Positions 38,520 to 53,293 are shown, counted from the whole stretch's first letter. The stretch is DNA of 63,329 bases, filler included, from Octopus bimaculoides (GCF_001194135.2; 5 parts of 4 records of this genome joined end to end with filler, not necessarily neighbours in it), one strand, 5' to 3'. Notes: generated from the letters alone by a model not told the origin. Numbers and translations are program-made.

Positions 38520-41500
38520 AGAAACATGTTAATCTTTGGTTGTTGGGATGTAAGAACTTTATGAGACAGCAAAGACAGTCTAGAACAAAAAAACAGCACT
38601 AATTGCGAAGGCAATCAGCTCATATAATATTGATATTGCTCTAAGTGAAATCAGGTTTGTGGACACTGGTGAATTAGAAGTTCAAAGTGGCTATATATGT
38701 TTTTGGAGTGTAAAGCTGACAAGAATTCAAGGTGTTGATTTTACTATTAAATTGACTTTAATTCACAAGTTGCCGTCCATCCCTCAAGCTGTTGATGAGT
38801 GTCTCATGACATTCCGTGTATCCATAGGTAATTCCCTCTCTATGTACATTATTGGTGCATATGCTCTTACTTTATCATTATCTGAACAAGAACATAAAAT
38901 TTTCTACTCCAAATTGCAGACAGTTGTCAGTAAAATTCCATACAATAACAAAGTCATATTGATGGACGATCTTAATGCCAGAAGAGGTAACAAATACAGT
39001 GTGGTCAAAAGTAATAGGAAAACACAGAACTGGAAAGATGAATGCAAGTGGTTTACAACTGCTGTCTTTTTGTCAACAGTTTGGTCTAACAATTACAAAC
39101 ACAGTGTTTCAGCAGGCAGATAAACATAAAAACATCTGGAAGTAACCCTGATCTGGTAACTAGCACATGCTTGACTATGTCATTAACTAAGAGTAAATAT
39201 TACAATGAATTCAGATTAACCAGCACTCACAGAACTCCTGAGTGTTACTTGCACCACAGACTGGTTTGCAGTAAGGTGTTTGTTAAACTAGATCCAGCAT
39301 ACCTCCTAGAATAAATGTGTCTTCCTTAAAAAATCCAGAAATGACAAAAAATTTTGAAATGCATCTTAATTCAAAGCTTGAGAATATAGAGGAAAGCAAT
39401 AATCCTGAAGTTTTGTAGCATAATATTCGTGACAGCATCAAATCATCTGCTGAAGAAGTTCTAGGATTTGTCAAATGAAAGTGCCAAGATTAGTTTGATG
39501 AGAATGATTCTCAAATCAAACCTCTCTCCTAGAAACTATGCACAAAACACACAAGGTATGGATCTCAAACAAAAATTCACCATCACTCAGATCTCTATAC
39601 ATCTCCTCTAAGAAAACTAATCAGAAAAAATTGTGTGAGATGAAAAATTCTTGGTGGGCAAAAAAACCCCAAGAATTGGAAAAGGCTGTTAATTCTCACA
39701 ACTTGAGAGCATTGTATGGTGATCTGAAAGGTGCATTTGGTCCAAAAAAGGGTGGTATGGAACCTATCCTTTCTAATGACATGTCAAAACTCTTAAGTAA
39801 CAAAGATGAAATTCTGAACTCTTTAAATCTGTATTAAATCAGGAATCCACTACTGAATTCAAATAATAAATGAAATCCTTCACAGGCCCATATAAGGGTG
39901 TGCTGAAAAGTTCTTGGCTTTGGGTAAAAAATAAAATATAGGAGGATTAATTAATTATGATTTTATTCAACATATTCCCCTCTCAGATTCATATACTTAT
40001 TGCAGTGGTCATACAGATTTTCTAAGCCCTGTAAAAGAACTTGGAAGGTTGGGCCTCCAACCAGGCCTTTCATGATACCCTTAAAGCAAGGAACTTTTCA
40101 GCATCCACTAGTAATTGAGGAATTTGCAGACGATCCTTTCTTGGAAGACATAAATATTGCCATAAAAAAAACTTTCCAATGGCAAAGCTCCTTGACAAGA
40201 CAGTATTCCCTTAGAAGTGTACAAGCATAGTGGCAGACAACTTGTAAGAAAGCTGCGCAAATTGATCTGTTTGACCTGGGAAATCGGATCTGTTACCCAA
40301 CAGTTCAAAGATACATCTATAATGCATTTGTACAAAAACAAAGGGAAGAAAAATGTATATGATAATCACAGGGGAATAAGTTTGTAGTGCACAGCTGGAA
40401 AAATTCTTGCGAAGATGATTCTTAACTGCATCAATAAGCATGTAGTAAACGGCATATATCCTGAATCTCAATGTGGATTTCAGGCTGGGAGAGGCACAAT
40501 TGATATGATTTTTGCCCTTTGGGAAGTTCAAGAAAAAACATGTGAAAAAACTACTGACTTGCACATGGTCTTTGTCGACTTGACTAAGGCCTTTGATACA
40601 GTGAATTGTGAAGTGCTCTAGAAAATTTTGTCAAAAGTTAGTCTTCCTAATAAAATGATAAAAGGGTAATAGTATCTTTGCCCATAGGAATGATGGCAAC
40701 AGTAATATCTAGCAGCCAATGTTCAGAGGCATTTTCTGTGGTGACTGGAACCAAACAGGGCTGTGTTTTAGCTTCTGTACTTTCTTCCATTTTCTTATTT
40801 GATGATGCTCCAACAGGCTTTTATGGATGACCATGAAGGTATAATATTTCAGTTTTGCACAGAAGGAGGTCTACTAAAAGGGGAAAGTTTCAGAAAAAGA
40901 AAAAGACCAAGGAAGAGTTTCTACATGATTTTCTGCTTGCTGATGATTGTGCCTTGATTTTTCTTACATTTGAGGGAATTCAGGAAATTTCTCATACATT
41001 TGAGGGAATACCAGCATCAAGAAGACTGAACTTTTAATCCATTCAAAGCCTGGAACAGAACAAACTCAAGATTTAAAAGTGATGATTGATAATAAGCTAC
41101 TTAAATGAGTCAAGTCATTTAAATCTCTTGGAAATACAGCAAACTTTAAGAGTACACTCGATGATGAAATCAATGTTAGAATATCTAATATTGTGCTTTT
41201 GGAAAACTTTTTGATCATTTGTGGGACGAACAAAGTGTTAGAAAATTAAAATAAGTTTATACAAATTTTGTATTTTGAGCACACTTTTGCATGTAGTTGA
41301 AGCATGGACTCCCTACTAAAGACATATAAAGAAACTTGAAACATTTCACATGTGCTGTCTGTGCAATATCTGCAACATTAAATGGCAAGATAAGATATCA
41401 ATTGCCAAAAGCATGCTGCCAAGAATTCAGTGCAGATGGATAGGACATGTGTTCAAATGAAAGATCATTGCATTCCAAAAATACTTTTGTATGGCCAACA

Positions 41501-41760
41501 AGTAAAAGGATACAGCAGTAAAGGTAAATCTGAGCTTAGGTATAAGCATAAGTTAAAACAATCACTAAAATCTCTACAGCTTAATTTAACAACTTGGAAA
41601 AGATATTGCCTAGATTGCTCTGCATGGTGTAAAATGTGTCATGAAGGATCAAAACAATTTGAGTTGAAGAAACAGAACAATAAAAGAATTATATCCTGCA
41701 ATCAACAGACATATTTGTCCAATTCCAGGCAAAATTAAAATCAACAATGTCTCCATTATG
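38520..41760 (+). mobile_element. RTE-BovB-like LINE, near full length, degenerate (APE + RT)
   Basis: APE-like W.VRTL...TALIA...YNIDI.LSE; RT-like YPESQCGFQAGRGTIDMIF...FVDLTKAFDTV and LLADDCAL; C-terminal IPKILLYG...RYKHKLKQSLK; many stops and frameshifts. Confidence 0.92.
39891..40113. mobile_element. Tc1/mariner MITE inserted in the RTE LINE
   Basis: About 31-bp imperfect TIRs tataagggtgtgctgaaaagttcttggcttt / aaagcaaggaacttttcagcatccactagta with TA ends; excising it restores HRPIIEEFADDPFLEDINIAIKK. Confidence 0.85.
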
Positions 41761-42510
41761 ACTTCATAACAAAATCCATACCTGGGCTGAAATTACATTC
41801 ATGCATCCAGTGCAAACAGATGCAGCTTCTTTTATTTTTAAACATTATTTTAAAATCCTCTCCTTCAAACACTCATATGTCAAAATGAACAGGAGTGACC
41901 ATAATTATTATATAAGCAGGGTGAGTCATTAGGAACAATAGTATGACTTGAAGATTCAGTACAACTACTATAGTGGTTAGTATTATTATTATTTTCAACA
42001 CCAGCTGGGTGGTCATTATTTAAGGGAACAAGTAGTGGCACAACAAATTCAGTTACACTAGAGTGTTAATACAGCTACCAGTTGGTATGCGAATATTTGT
42101 AAAGTTTTCATTATCAATAGTTATTATACCCACCTTTTTTTTTTTACTGGTTCTGCTTATGCTAGTGTGGTCATCATTAACCTTAATAGGGAGTGGCATA
42201 TTAATAATAGTATGGACAGGCATACGACAACTTAAGCATGAATTAACTGGATTACTACTGCAATTTCCTTGCTCTCTTATAGGTTTGTTATTCTTATTGC
42301 TGCTGGGTGTATCAGTATGGCTACTTTTATTGATACAATTTCCTTCTTTTCTTCCCCAACTGTCTAGTAGCGTTCCAACCTCCAACGATTTTTTCAAATA
42401 AGTTACATAGCAATCTTCTCTAACTACAGTTATCGTATTCGGTTANNNNNNNNNNNNNNNNNNNNNNNNNNNNNNNNNNNNNNNNNNNNNNNNNNNNNNN
42501 NNNNNNNNNN

Positions 42511-42592
42511 CCATGAAGAGAAGATTACATCCTTATCAACATCACCTATTCCTTTGGAAGGTACAATTTGTAATCTTCGAAACATATGTTGG
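42511..42592 (+). ncRNA. Type I hammerhead motif with extended stem II (C3>A variant)
   Basis: cc aTGAAGA gaagattaca ... tgtaatcttc GAAAC atat GTT gg: perfect 10-bp stem II and palindromic AACATATGTT stem III; the 5' flank is lost in the gap. Confidence 0.55.
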
Positions 42593-42641
42593 AAATAAAA
42601 GAATTCATTTAACATATGCGTTTTACTCCATTTACTAAATT

Positions 42642-42681
<40 letters not shown>

Positions 42682-43280
42682 CATAAAGCTGGGTGTAAGT
42701 CCGTTAATCCTTTAATCGTTAATTAACGAAGTTAACATTTTCATTAACGATTTAACTTTTAAGTTAACTTTGAAAATCATTCTGAAGACTTTGGTGAAAA
42801 ACATTGGAAAAGTCCCTGTCAAAACGGAGAAATTCCAACTTATGTGGGCCGTCTGATCCGAAACTCCTCCCTCCCGCCCCCTTCCAAAATTTTTGCTAAG
42901 AAATTTCTTTATAATCGTAATCTACACCGTTTGAAAGGTATTTGTATAAAATTTCTTTAAAAAGTACCTATTTTCCAGTAAGTATGTTATGAGGGGGAAA
43001 ATGTTGGGTCCTGTAAATTTTTCCAAACTCCTCTCCCCAACCCCTCAGAAAATTTTTTCCAACAAATCTTTATATACACTCAATTTACAGGATATAAGCG
43101 ATTATTTGGTGAAAGTTTCGTTAAAAAGTATCCATTTTTCTGGAAGTTATGAGGTAACAAAGTCGGTGGGGTATTAAACTGTAGTTATACCATTTTTCAA
43201 TAAAAGTTAATGTTAGAGGATTAATGTTAACTTTCGTTATATTTTCAAAGAAGTAATGGATTAACAGTGTCCACCTCTGT
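42682..43280. mobile_element. Probable DNA-transposon MITE (hAT-like)
   Basis: Imperfect termini cataaagctggg..ccgttaatcc / ggattaacagtgtccacctctg, with clustered gttaa/ttaac subterminal motifs at both ends. Confidence 0.45.
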
Positions 43281-43299
43281 ACATATATAACTGAATTCC

Positions 43300-46200
43300 A
43301 ATATTTTAAATCTGAGTTTGTCCCTGTTAACGGGGATAGCCAGATCTACCTCACTCTTACAGCAACGGCTCTCACACCATCTCGCCCAGTTTTAGGCATT
43401 CTCCCTCCTCAAGCCAACCCTCCCAATCTCCTCCTCCACCTGTCCTCTCCTCGTTTTCTTTGGTTGACATCGCTTTTGCAGTTCATTTACTTTAAATTCA
43501 AGCACTCTCCTCATCCCTCCTCAACACATGTCCATGCCATCACACTCCATTCGCCCTTGCCAGCTGTTCCACTGATTCCTCCAACCCCAGATCCGCATCA
43601 ACTCCAATAGTCTTACACCACACATTGCTCTCTTGATCCTTCACAAAATTGCCATTTTGCTTCCCTCAGACACTATGTCTCACTCCCATACAGCATTGCA
43701 GATCTCACGCAACTCCAATAAACCCTTCCTTTTATCTTCAAGGAGAACCTTTTCCCATCTAATAACGCTCAACATTCCCTGAACTTCACCCAGCCAAGTC
43801 TTGCTCTTGCTGTCACAGCTGCTTCACATCCACCCTATATCCCAAATAATAAAACCCTCTTGCCACTTCCACCTCACCACATAATCTTTCCACTGGTTCT
43901 GCTAACCCTTCAGCTCCTTTCTCACATCTTCCACAAATAAAATCTCTTGCCAGTCTTGTGGGTCATCTTCTTCATTTTCGTACATCTACCATGAATCCAT
44001 TTCCTACACAACACTGCACTTGCCATTACCCTCCTCCCATACACACCACATGGATCTACCTTACTAATACTTCTCCTTCCACCCCACTCACCATCAGTTT
44101 TGTCTTCCCAAGGTTTACCTTCAACCCCTTGCTTTCAAATGCCTCCTTCCATTTCCGAAACTTCTCCCACAATCCTTCCATCGTCTCACTCATCAGAACA
44201 AGATCATCTGCATACAGTATCCCCATTATCAATCCTTCTCTTGCACTCTCCGTCACCACATCAACCACTATTGAAAACAACAATGGTGATAACACAGATC
44301 CCTGATGCACACCAACCTTCACCACAAACTCCTCTGACAGCTCTGATCCAATTCTAACTCTTGTCTTTACCCCTTCATACAAATTCATCACTGCCCTCAC
44401 TATTACCTCTAGTACATCTCTCTTCCTCAATGCCTACTCAATCACCTTCTTTGGAACCCTATCAAATGTCTTCTCCAGATCAATGAAGCACACGTACAAC
44501 TCCTTTTCCTTATCTCGGTATTCTTCTTGCAATCTCCTTACAATGAACACTGCACCTGTTGTCCTCTTTCCTGGCATAAAACCAAATTGCATCTCGTCCG
44601 CATCCACCGTTTTCCTAATTCTCCTCTCCAACACCCTTTCCACAATCTTCATTACATGCTTCAATAACTTCATTCCCCTATACACCCCATAACTCATTGT
44701 AGCCCCCTATCCCTTGAAGATCGGTACTACCACACTTAGTGCCCAATCATCTGACATTCCTCTTCCATCCAGCACATCCTGGCAGAACTCCACCAATACA
44801 ATCCCTATCTCTCCACTTGCAGTTATCATTTCCACACTTACTTCTGATGGACCAACTGCCTTTCCTGTTTTCATTTCCTTTATTGCATCCACTACTTCTT
44901 CCTGACTAACCCTCTCCACTGGCCCCTTCACCACAGCAACTTCCATCCTCTGATTCCATTCATTCTCCTCATTCATAATTCCTTCCATATGTTCTTTCCA
45001 AACTCTTCCTCTGTACTTCTCACTAAAATTCAACCTTCCATCACTCCACCTCATACATCTTCCTCCCTCAACATCTCTTCCATCTTTTTTTCACTGATTT
45101 CATAAACCTAAACACTCTATCTGGCTTCACATGCAGCCCACTCAACCTCTCCTCAGTCTCCTTCCTTATAGATCTTGCAACCATCCTCTTTGCATGATTC
45201 TTCATGTTATTATACCTGGCTTTCATTTGCTCAGTCCTATTATTACATAAAACTTTGTACGCCTCCTTCTTCCTCACTATCACATCTCTCACCTCCTCAT
45301 TCCACCACCACATATCTCCTCGATATCTTCTACCTTTTGTCCTTCCACACACTTCGTCACATGCCTTTAGTACCCCTTCTTTAAAAGACTTCCACAAATC
45401 CGGTGCATGAATGCTTACCAACTCCCCAATTCTCTCCTCAAACCTTGCTCTTGTTTCTTCTTCCTTCAGTTTCCACACCTTTCTCCTCTCAACTGTTCCC
45501 TTTCTCACACACTTTTTAACTTTCTTCTAATCCCAGGCAGCAACCCCCAACCTATGCTGCAACTCTCCTGGTATTGTCTTCACATCTCTCAGATACTTTC
45601 TGTTTTTCATGCCAACCAACATGTAATCATTCTGTCTCATTCCTTCCTACACTGAAAGTCACCTTCCTTTACTCTGTTTTCCTAAACCACGTGTTTGCCA
45701 CACACAACTCCTTCTCATCGCAAAACTCCAACAGCATCCTTCCTTCCATATTTCTCTCCCCGGTTCCATTTCCCCCATGCACACCCTCAAAGCCCTCAAT
45801 CCATTTACCAACATGTCCATTAAAATCACCCATGTCTAAAACCAATTCATCTGTCTGAAGTCCCACTCATCATTTCATCAAAGAACCACTCTTTCACAGT
45901 GATCCATCTTCCACTTTGCGAACCATACCCACAAATCATTATCACTACTTCTTCCTCAAATGCTAATACTATTGTCATCACTCTGTCACTCTTTCTCCTG
46001 AGTTCCACTACCTTCTCAGATTTCTTCCTTCACCAAAACTCCCACATCTCCAGTCCCCTCACAATTTCCTGACCACCACAGCTTGCACCCTGACCTCTCT
46101 ACCTAGCCTCCTGCACACAGCACACATCTACACTCCTATTCCTCAATTCCTCACACACCTCAGTTACCCTTCCACGCAGACTGCCCACATTCCAACTTCC

Positions 46201-46550
46201 CAACTTCACTCCAAGCTTCTCCTCAGGCTGTTGGCCATCATAAAGCAAGTCATACTTGCATGACCCAGGATGAGGATTTGCACTTTCCTTTTTGAGGTAG
46301 GCAGGTGCAGACCATCCCAACCTTTGGGCTGGCTGGTACCCATGCTTCTTTGCTATCGTCATGAGGCCATATTGGAGCTGGATTTTCTATGGGGAGCATG
46401 CCCTTGCTTATCCCCAATCTCAGTTCCTAGACATGAGTGATCCCAAGACCAAGGCCTCTACTACAATTTTTAAGAAATGTGGTGGAAAACTAGGTCAGGA
46501 AGGCAGGGATGCTACTCCCTGAGACCCCCTTTAGGGGATATATATATACA
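43300..46550 (-). mobile_element. RTE-clade (Expander/Rex3-like) LINE, near full length, degenerate
   Basis: GSWNVGSLRGR...VDVCCVQEAR, MGDFNGHVG, QFGFMPGK.TT.A.F..RRLQE, FIDLEKTFDRVP, VGVHQGSVLSPLLF, LYADDLVL; frameshifted. Confidence 0.95.
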
Positions 46551-46586
46551 CATGCACACACATATATGCATATTAGGTGGATGATA

Positions 46587-46646
<60 letters not shown>

Positions 46647-48853
46647 TCCTCCTCTGCTGCCTTGCAGGATGCCTCTTTAGGCTAAGGCTATGAGAAGGAA
46701 TCACCAAGTCCTCAACGGTTGATCAGGCAGACGAAGCGACATCTATNNNNNNNNNNNNNNNNNNNNNNNNNNNNNNNNNNNNNNNNNNNNTTAATTAATT
46801 AANNNNNNNNNNNNNNNNNNNNNNNNNNNNNNNNNNNNNNNNNNNNTATATATATACATATATACATATATGTATGTTCAGTACATCCCCGCACTCGTGT
46901 CTTTCTACCCACCCCTTCTCATCAGTCACTATTTTGTTGTGTTTACAATAATCCTGGTTGAAAGAGCTTGTGCAAAATCTGTACATATAGTTTAGCCCAG
47001 CCATGAGCCTATAATTCGTTTTTACCAACTCAGTGGTTTATTTCTTGACTACAAGGTTCGCCCGAGGTAGTGCAGGCGAAATTTTTATGTCAAACTGGCC
47101 TTGCATAATTCTTTTCAATATGCATATTAATCTATTTCATTAGGATGTAAGACTATTGTACCAGTATCCAGTTGTTACAATAGCCCCAGGGTAGCTAAGT
47201 TTCTTCCAAGGGCCTTTCCATTATATATTTTGCCTAGAGTTATAATGAAACTTTCAGAGTCGATTGTTCATGCTTTACTGTCAACGTCGTCGTAGTATTC
47301 TTTCTCAATTGTATTCAGTCTCACAGTATTTTGGGTGCCATTTGTGCTTTCATTCCTGATCTTAAACCAGAATAATTCAAAATCTTCCTGAAAAGGTTTT
47401 ATGGTGTCGACCTTGTGTCTGGATATAAAATCTCTGAACTGGAATCAATCTTACCGCATGGTCGGGTATTTTCCTACGATCCGGTAGTTTCTCACTCCCT
47501 ATCTTGAGTTCATGCTTTAGATTAATTAAATTTCGGTCAATGGTTGAGGTGAAGTGTTTCCGTACAATTTATTTCGTATAATAAGTAATTAGCGAGGTAT
47601 GAACTTTTTATTCCTCTTATATTTTATTATAGCGGTTAACTATCCATTGTGGTGATGCAGCTTGTTGAAGTCAAGTTTTGTTTACCACTGGGTCACTTGT
47701 GTTTAGTTATTTCACTAGCCCGTGAACTGCTCGTGTGTTTTAGGTATCCTTTAGGAGTAATAATAGTTGTGAGTAGGAAGATATGAATTTTCTAGCAATT
47801 CCATATCACATAATTCTATGTGCCCTCCGGCTAAATCATAAATAACTTTTAACATGACATAATAATGCACGTATAAATAAATATATAAGCATCAATAAGA
47901 TGATATCTATAAATATGTTTTTGCATTTGTATGAGAAATGCCTGTATACATAAATGACTGCAGGAATAATAGGTAAAATAATTTTCTCTGTACACATTAT
48001 TCCTAGATATAGAAATGAAATATTGTAGAATTTATACTATTTTTGTACCATTCATCTTAAATCGAAGAAGTACCTTCCGTCCTTTGGACATTTATTTAAA
48101 AGCAAAATAAAAATGCACTAATTCATCTTATACAAATATTCTTATGTATTGAAGCCAACCTACGTATTAAATCGTGCCCTTTCCTTTTTAAGTTAAGATA
48201 GTATAATTTGTCTGAAGTTTATTCAAATCCTATCATACAACTGCATTTTTTCAAAATAAGAGTTTCTCTCAATGGTATAATATTTTTGAAAACTGTTATT
48301 GTGCGCGATTTATATGTTAGTAAATATAAAAAATACATTTTAAAATATTCTATACCAAACAAGTGTAGCAGGTATCATTTGATGTTATTTTTGGTTTATA
48401 CATTTCGAACAATCTGCATATCAAGATTTCTCTACCAAAATTAGTACCATTGTTAGCAACAACATTCACTTAAACATGAGTTCGACACGTTAATCCAATT
48501 TATAGCAAACATAGTAGCAATTATAGTGAAACAAACTTTAATTCTTTATATTTCTCAAATATATCAAGCAATGTGTCTCTTCTGGAGTAAAGTATCGATC
48601 ACTGTCCGCCCATGGAATTTTTAGTATGTCTTCCGGTCTTGCTAAAATGAGATTAGTACGAGTGACAAACAAAGTAAAAACATAATTTGAAAGGAAGTGT
48701 CTGTGCAAAACTGACATTCTTTTTTTCGTTTCTTGACGGATTGATAGCATTGGTATTGTTGTCTGAAAGTTTTCCTCGAGTGAGTGATTGAATACTTTAA
48801 GTAGTATTGTCACTTCGGTAATTTCGCAAGGTTATCGGTTAATCGAAGCTTAC

Positions 48854-48880
48854 AATGTCAGGGCTGACTTCACCATCAAT
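48854..48880 (-). other. Candidate 27-nt phase 0-0 microexon (IDGEVSPDI)
   Basis: ttcatcttcttttaag|ATTGATGGTGAAGTCAGCCCTGACATT|gtaagc; frame-preserving; no homology recognised. Confidence 0.35.
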
Positions 48881-49868
48881 CTTAAAAGAAGATGAATTAT
48901 CAATTCATTCATTCAACAACAGTTGTTGCAAGAACAGAAATTATTTCAAGTGCTTCGATGTTTCCTTTGCTTATAAAAGATTAATGCAAGGTTATGACAA
49001 CTTGAGTAAAGACAATGAATGCCATAGTCCTAATTACATTATGTACGTGAACCAAAAGAAAGTGATAGAGTTCAAGAAAAAAGAGGAGAGACAGAGACAG
49101 AGAGCAAGAAGGAGGGAGAAGACAGAAAGAAAGAAAGAAAGAAAGTTATATGCAAGGGACGCTCATTTCAATAGTGACGCAGAGAAATAGAATTCATAAT
49201 GAATGTTATCACTAAACAAAAACCAAGTATTGTGCACGCATTTTTTTAAATTCAGAAATTCCTCATAAGAAGTTAAAGTATATATTCATAAAGATTATGA
49301 AATATTGCTTTGTAAACTTTAAGTAAATGTAAGATTATATTATAAAAGCATTCCAAAGAATATATGTGCACCATATACATACATTCATGTGTATACGTAT
49401 GTCTTCTACTATGGCGTCAGACTGACCAAAGCCTTGTGAGTGGATTTGGTAGACGGAAACTTAAAGAAGCTCGTTATATATGTACATACACACACTCTCA
49501 ACACGCACACACAGGCACACATACGCACACACACACACATATATTTCATATAAATGTATGCATATATCTATGTGTGTCTATGTTTCTGTGTGTGTGTCTG
49601 TCTCACACCAACGCTTAACAGTGGTGTGGTGTGTATATGTTTATGTACAACTTAGCTATTCATCAAAAAAGTTCGGTAAAATAAGTATCAGGCTCTCAAA
49701 AAGTACTGGTGTCCATTCATTTGAGTAAAATTCATCAAGGCGGCGCCCCAGCATGTCCGTATTCTAATTAATGAGACAAGTAAAGAGATTTTATACGTGT
49801 ATATATGTGTGTGTATGGGTGTTTTGTACATACATACATATATACATATGTATGTGTATACACACACA

Positions 49869-49945
<77 letters not shown>

Positions 49946-52900
49946 GTATATTGCCATGAATTAATAGTTATTGAAGTAAAGTTTAAAAAGAAATTGCCGT
50001 GGTGTTTGTTCGGTTCCTAGTTGAACTCCCGCTTTTTGGAGTCGATATACAAATTAGCTACATTATTTTTGCATCGAAAGAAAGGCCCTAACATATATGA
50101 TCCGGCTTGTTGGTTTCCTGAGTTCAAATACTGTCAATGGTCCCTTCGAGTTGCAGAGGAGAGCTTCAATACATGGCTAATACTGCCACACTCTCAGTAT
50201 CAGATATAGCGACATGTTCAATGGAAAAATATTTCAATTGCTTCAATATAAATGAAGCCCTCATTTAAGTGTGAAAAAGGCTAAGAGGGAAAGGTTTTGT
50301 TTGCATGTAACTTACGGTATAATATCATCCTTTATTTAACACATAAATATTTTATTGTATAACATTCATTGATATTTGGGCAATTTTGTATATCAACAGA
50401 AAGTCTACAATATTATCTAACCATCACCCTTAGATTCTTAAACAATTTACATATAGGAAGTTGGGAATTCTTTATTTGATATGGTGCTCTTCTTCACTTA
50501 GTGGGTATTTTTTAATAGCTTTTATTCCTAAATCATGTTGTACTCTATAATGTGAATTGATTAAGAATTATGTAAGTTGCATTCGACCATACAAACATCA
50601 ACATACTAATGGCTAACAAAGTGCGACCAGGCTGTCAATGGTTTTACTTAAATATATTGTTCGTTGCATAGAAAAATACTGTTCCTAGTAGTTACGACAG
50701 TTGTCCATAAAGATAAGGTTATCCTTAACAGAGTTAGTGCCACCTGGGTTGTGTGTACATGTCACACACATTTGAAGAGGAGCCTAATTTAATTTTTTTT
50801 AAAACTGTTTTTCTTGTCGTCTTGTATTTCTTGTCTTCTTGTCTTTTAACTGTCTTATCTGTACGTACAAGAGCTGTATATGTTTTCTTTTACTGTAAAA
50901 CCACATAATACAAATAAAATATCTTCAAATGAAAAGATGTCATCTATATTATATAATGAACGAAACACGGCAAATAAGTGAGAAAACGGGCATGTTTTTG
51001 ACTAATCAGATAATCATGAAAGCATAAACTTTATTGTATTAATAGTCCTAGTAGATTCACTAAATATAAATGAGTACATTCGGTGTGGAAAAATAAACGT
51101 AGACAAAATATGACGCTTTTACGTTTTCTGCGTGAAAAGCCTTAGTTAAGTTAATGTTAACATATATAATTCCAGAGGATATTAAGCGTTTGATATTCTC
51201 ACCTTAGTTGCTTTGAATGGGAGGACCATCAAAAATGCAATGCTTAATTTTATTATATTAGTTGCTATATCTTTGTTCGTGCACCAAATGCTAGTATCGT
51301 CCTTAATCAATAACCATCTACATGCTTGATAGATCGTTAAACGTATCTAAACACTTCGATATCTCGTCAGATGAATCAGCTAGCGTCAATATAATTCCGA
51401 CAATGTAGTCGTTTCTTGTTTAATCACATCTCATTGGCGTGCAAGTCCCACCATGGTATAGGCAACATATTTCGAATATGTCTGTCTTTCCAATTAATAT
51501 ATATCTTCTTACCTAAGTGACTAATCAAACATTATGCTGTCCTTCCTAGTCGGACTAATTTAGTTTGTTTCCACTCAAATATTTCTATGAATTACTAATC
51601 TTCGGTAGATCAAAAGAAACATTAACTAAACGCAATCACCTATTACTGGAGAGTCAAAAGTGCCTAATGGCAGCTAAGTTTATCTCTGCATCAATGTATG
51701 AAATATATTGTTATCAATCAATCAACATTATTCGTCTACTCTCATAGTGCTTTATCTAATAATTTAATTATTTTTCTTGGATACGTGAGCTATAAGAATC
51801 CAGTAACTAACTTGATAATCAATATACAGAAGGAGATATGTCGAGTGTATTGTAGATTGATACCGTAAATATAAAATAATTACTTTCTCAACTAGATCAA
51901 CCCTTTTAATGGAATGATGTTTAATCGATTGACTCGACCTAGGAATATTACTATCATGTACTTCATGCTCAAAGTTACAATACATTGCAGTAAAGATTAC
52001 GCAAAGCATCTATACTTGTTTTGTAGTTCTTCTAACCAACCTGACCCCTTAAATTAATGAAATCTAACATGTTTAATGAAGTGAAAATGTAAAGTTTTCA
52101 CTTTCATAATTTCGCTGTGGTATTAGAAGCGTCACCGTAGAAAAGAAATTTTACAATGAAATATACACTTCTCTGTGTTGTATAATCGTATTTTTATATA
52201 TATGATTATACTACATAGAGGAGTGTATATTATTTTGGTATTTGTGGGAGAAACTGTCTTCGAAGACTCATATTGTCATTGAATGCTCGAAATGAGGAGT
52301 AGATAGACAGCCGATCTAAGCCTAGCCAGAAACTATCTTCGTGGCTGTAATATGAAAGGCTCATTTTTTTTATGTCCTATTTCGGGACAAATTGGATTTG
52401 AACCGATAATCAGAATTATCGAACTTTGGCGGACAGACTTCGAAATAATTCATTCGAGTCTCCTTCCATCGAATGACTAATGAATTTTATAATTCCAGTC
52501 TAATGTAAATTACAACTGCTTTTAATACCAATAAATTATAGGAGTTGGATGTATTCTTTTTGTGTCTTCATTCCTTGAAACCGGTGCATTTAGCTCTTAT
52601 ACGATCCTTCTTTACATTTTTACAACTTTTGCTTTTACTCATGCTTAGTCGTCATGCTTACAATTTTTGCTTTTAATTTATACTACTGTCCCCACTTTAA
52701 CATGTTTTATCTTACAATGAAGTAATTGAATTCTTCGTTTTGCTGTTTTCATATTTTATATGCCATCTTGTATAGTTGAAATCAATTTTTCTGATCACGT
52801 GTCGTTTTTTGTTGCTCTTTCTAGCATTGCACCCTAGTACTAAAACAGAGCTTTCTATATTATTCCTCTATATAATGAATATGAATGCTTTCTCGTCGGT

Positions 52901-53184
52901 TCAACACATTCGTCCTATATCACATGTGTATATACGTGTGTGTATAGAAGAAGAGCTAGTAATGTAGCTAACGATATGTTTAACGGCTTTCTTCCCATCT
53001 CATGTTATAGCATTATCTTTACCTGTCTAATTTCTTTTCTTTCTTTTTATCTTACACGAAATCACTTTCACATGCTTTTTTAATATGTCAAACTTATATT
53101 TTTTTATTTAGTTTTCTTTAATTTCTGAAAAGAGTTTTTTGGAATATATCCTTAGCTGAGGTATTGTGTTTGATTCAGCTTTTA

Positions 53185-53293
<109 letters not shown>

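Noticed and set aside
42053-42401. Overlapping 112-aa and 114-aa ORFs on opposite strands, one membrane-protein-like
   Set aside because: The composition fits decayed AAT/AGT triplet repeats; no homology or splice support.
46385-46430. RTE 5' UTR segment (aagggcat...tagaaa) resembling the V-domain-like SINE core
   Set aside because: Only about 8-10 matching bases; needs consensus-level alignment before any claim.
47200-47560. Protein-looking 40-60 aa frames on both strands with splice-like sites
   Set aside because: ORFs of this length are expected many times by chance in 63 kb, and no family was recognised.
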